Below are positions 63,851 to 64,000 of a stretch of DNA of 64,000 bases, piece by piece. Position numbers and translations under genes: made by a program. The notes below the pieces were generated by a model. The model made no database searches, was not told the DNA's origin, and was given only the letters and a program-made list of their open reading frames with translations. The stretch is from a virus. Location: positions 1-64,000 of the IMG/VR virus record IMGVR_UViG_3300028844_006119. One strand, written 5' to 3'. The first letter of the stretch is position 1; each line of letters opens with the position of its first letter.

Positions 63851-64000
63851 TCAGAGAGATAGGGAGATGATCCTACGAATCATGTCCTCCCTATCGCCCT
63901 CACTTGAGTACCCGAGATCGTCGAGAATGTCACGGAGACCTGAGAGGCTTACTGCCTCCAGATCGTCCGTAACGTCTACTAGACCCAGGTCGTCCCCTCT
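63851..64000 (-). CDS. 3' end of a gene with a SAP-like DNA-binding motif (partial)
   Basis: ..VSLSGLRDILDDLGYSSEGDREDMIRRIISLSL*. Confidence 0.55.
   Translation of the reverse strand, partial: RGDDLGLVDVTDDLEAVSLSGLRDILDDLGYSSEGDREDMIRRIISLSL

Noticed and set aside
1-64000. Stop-codon reassignment (code 15 or 4), as seen in some large phages
   Set aside because: Multi-kilobase ORFs are intact in code 11, TAG/TGA/TAA all end genes that abut the next start, and no suppressor tRNA is present.
1-64000. CRISPR array, integrase/transposase, reverse transcriptase/DGR, rRNA
   Set aside because: No regularly spaced repeats or diagnostic motifs were found by eye.

Overview
This window looks like part of a large (jumbo-type) tailed phage genome with a myovirus-like baseplate, read in the standard bacterial code. 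About 1-9.7 kb is mostly minus-strand accessory genes. These include a PAS histidine kinase + receiver + membrane coiled-coil module, a MazG-like protein, an Hc1 histone-like protein and 8 tRNAs with two candidate structured RNAs among them. About 9.8-20 kb is a plus-strand block with a G/GT-type -1 frameshift gene pair, GroES, a thermonuclease, a SWIM-HNH protein and basic mosaic polyproteins. About 20-23 kb is a minus-strand block with a WGR-fused ATP-dependent DNA ligase. From 23 kb to the end is a plus-strand tail/baseplate module: tape measure, a hub with an M15 peptidase insert, gp25-like and J-like wedge proteins and giant repeat proteins, with a group-3 (FliA/WhiG-like) sigma factor in the middle. 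The best candidate for a new system combines three observations. (i) A bipartite motif, TAA(A/T)-N17/18-CATAA, occurs nine times on the minus strand ahead of non-structural genes and has sigma-28-like geometry. (ii) A K-x-A-[A/G/S] motif punctuates the modules of putative head-cargo polyproteins. (iii) The same motif sits at the N-terminus of the sigma factor. Together they suggest a virion-packaged, protease-matured sigma factor that switches on early promoters. That link is inference. All calls come from reading motifs by eye; no database searches were run.
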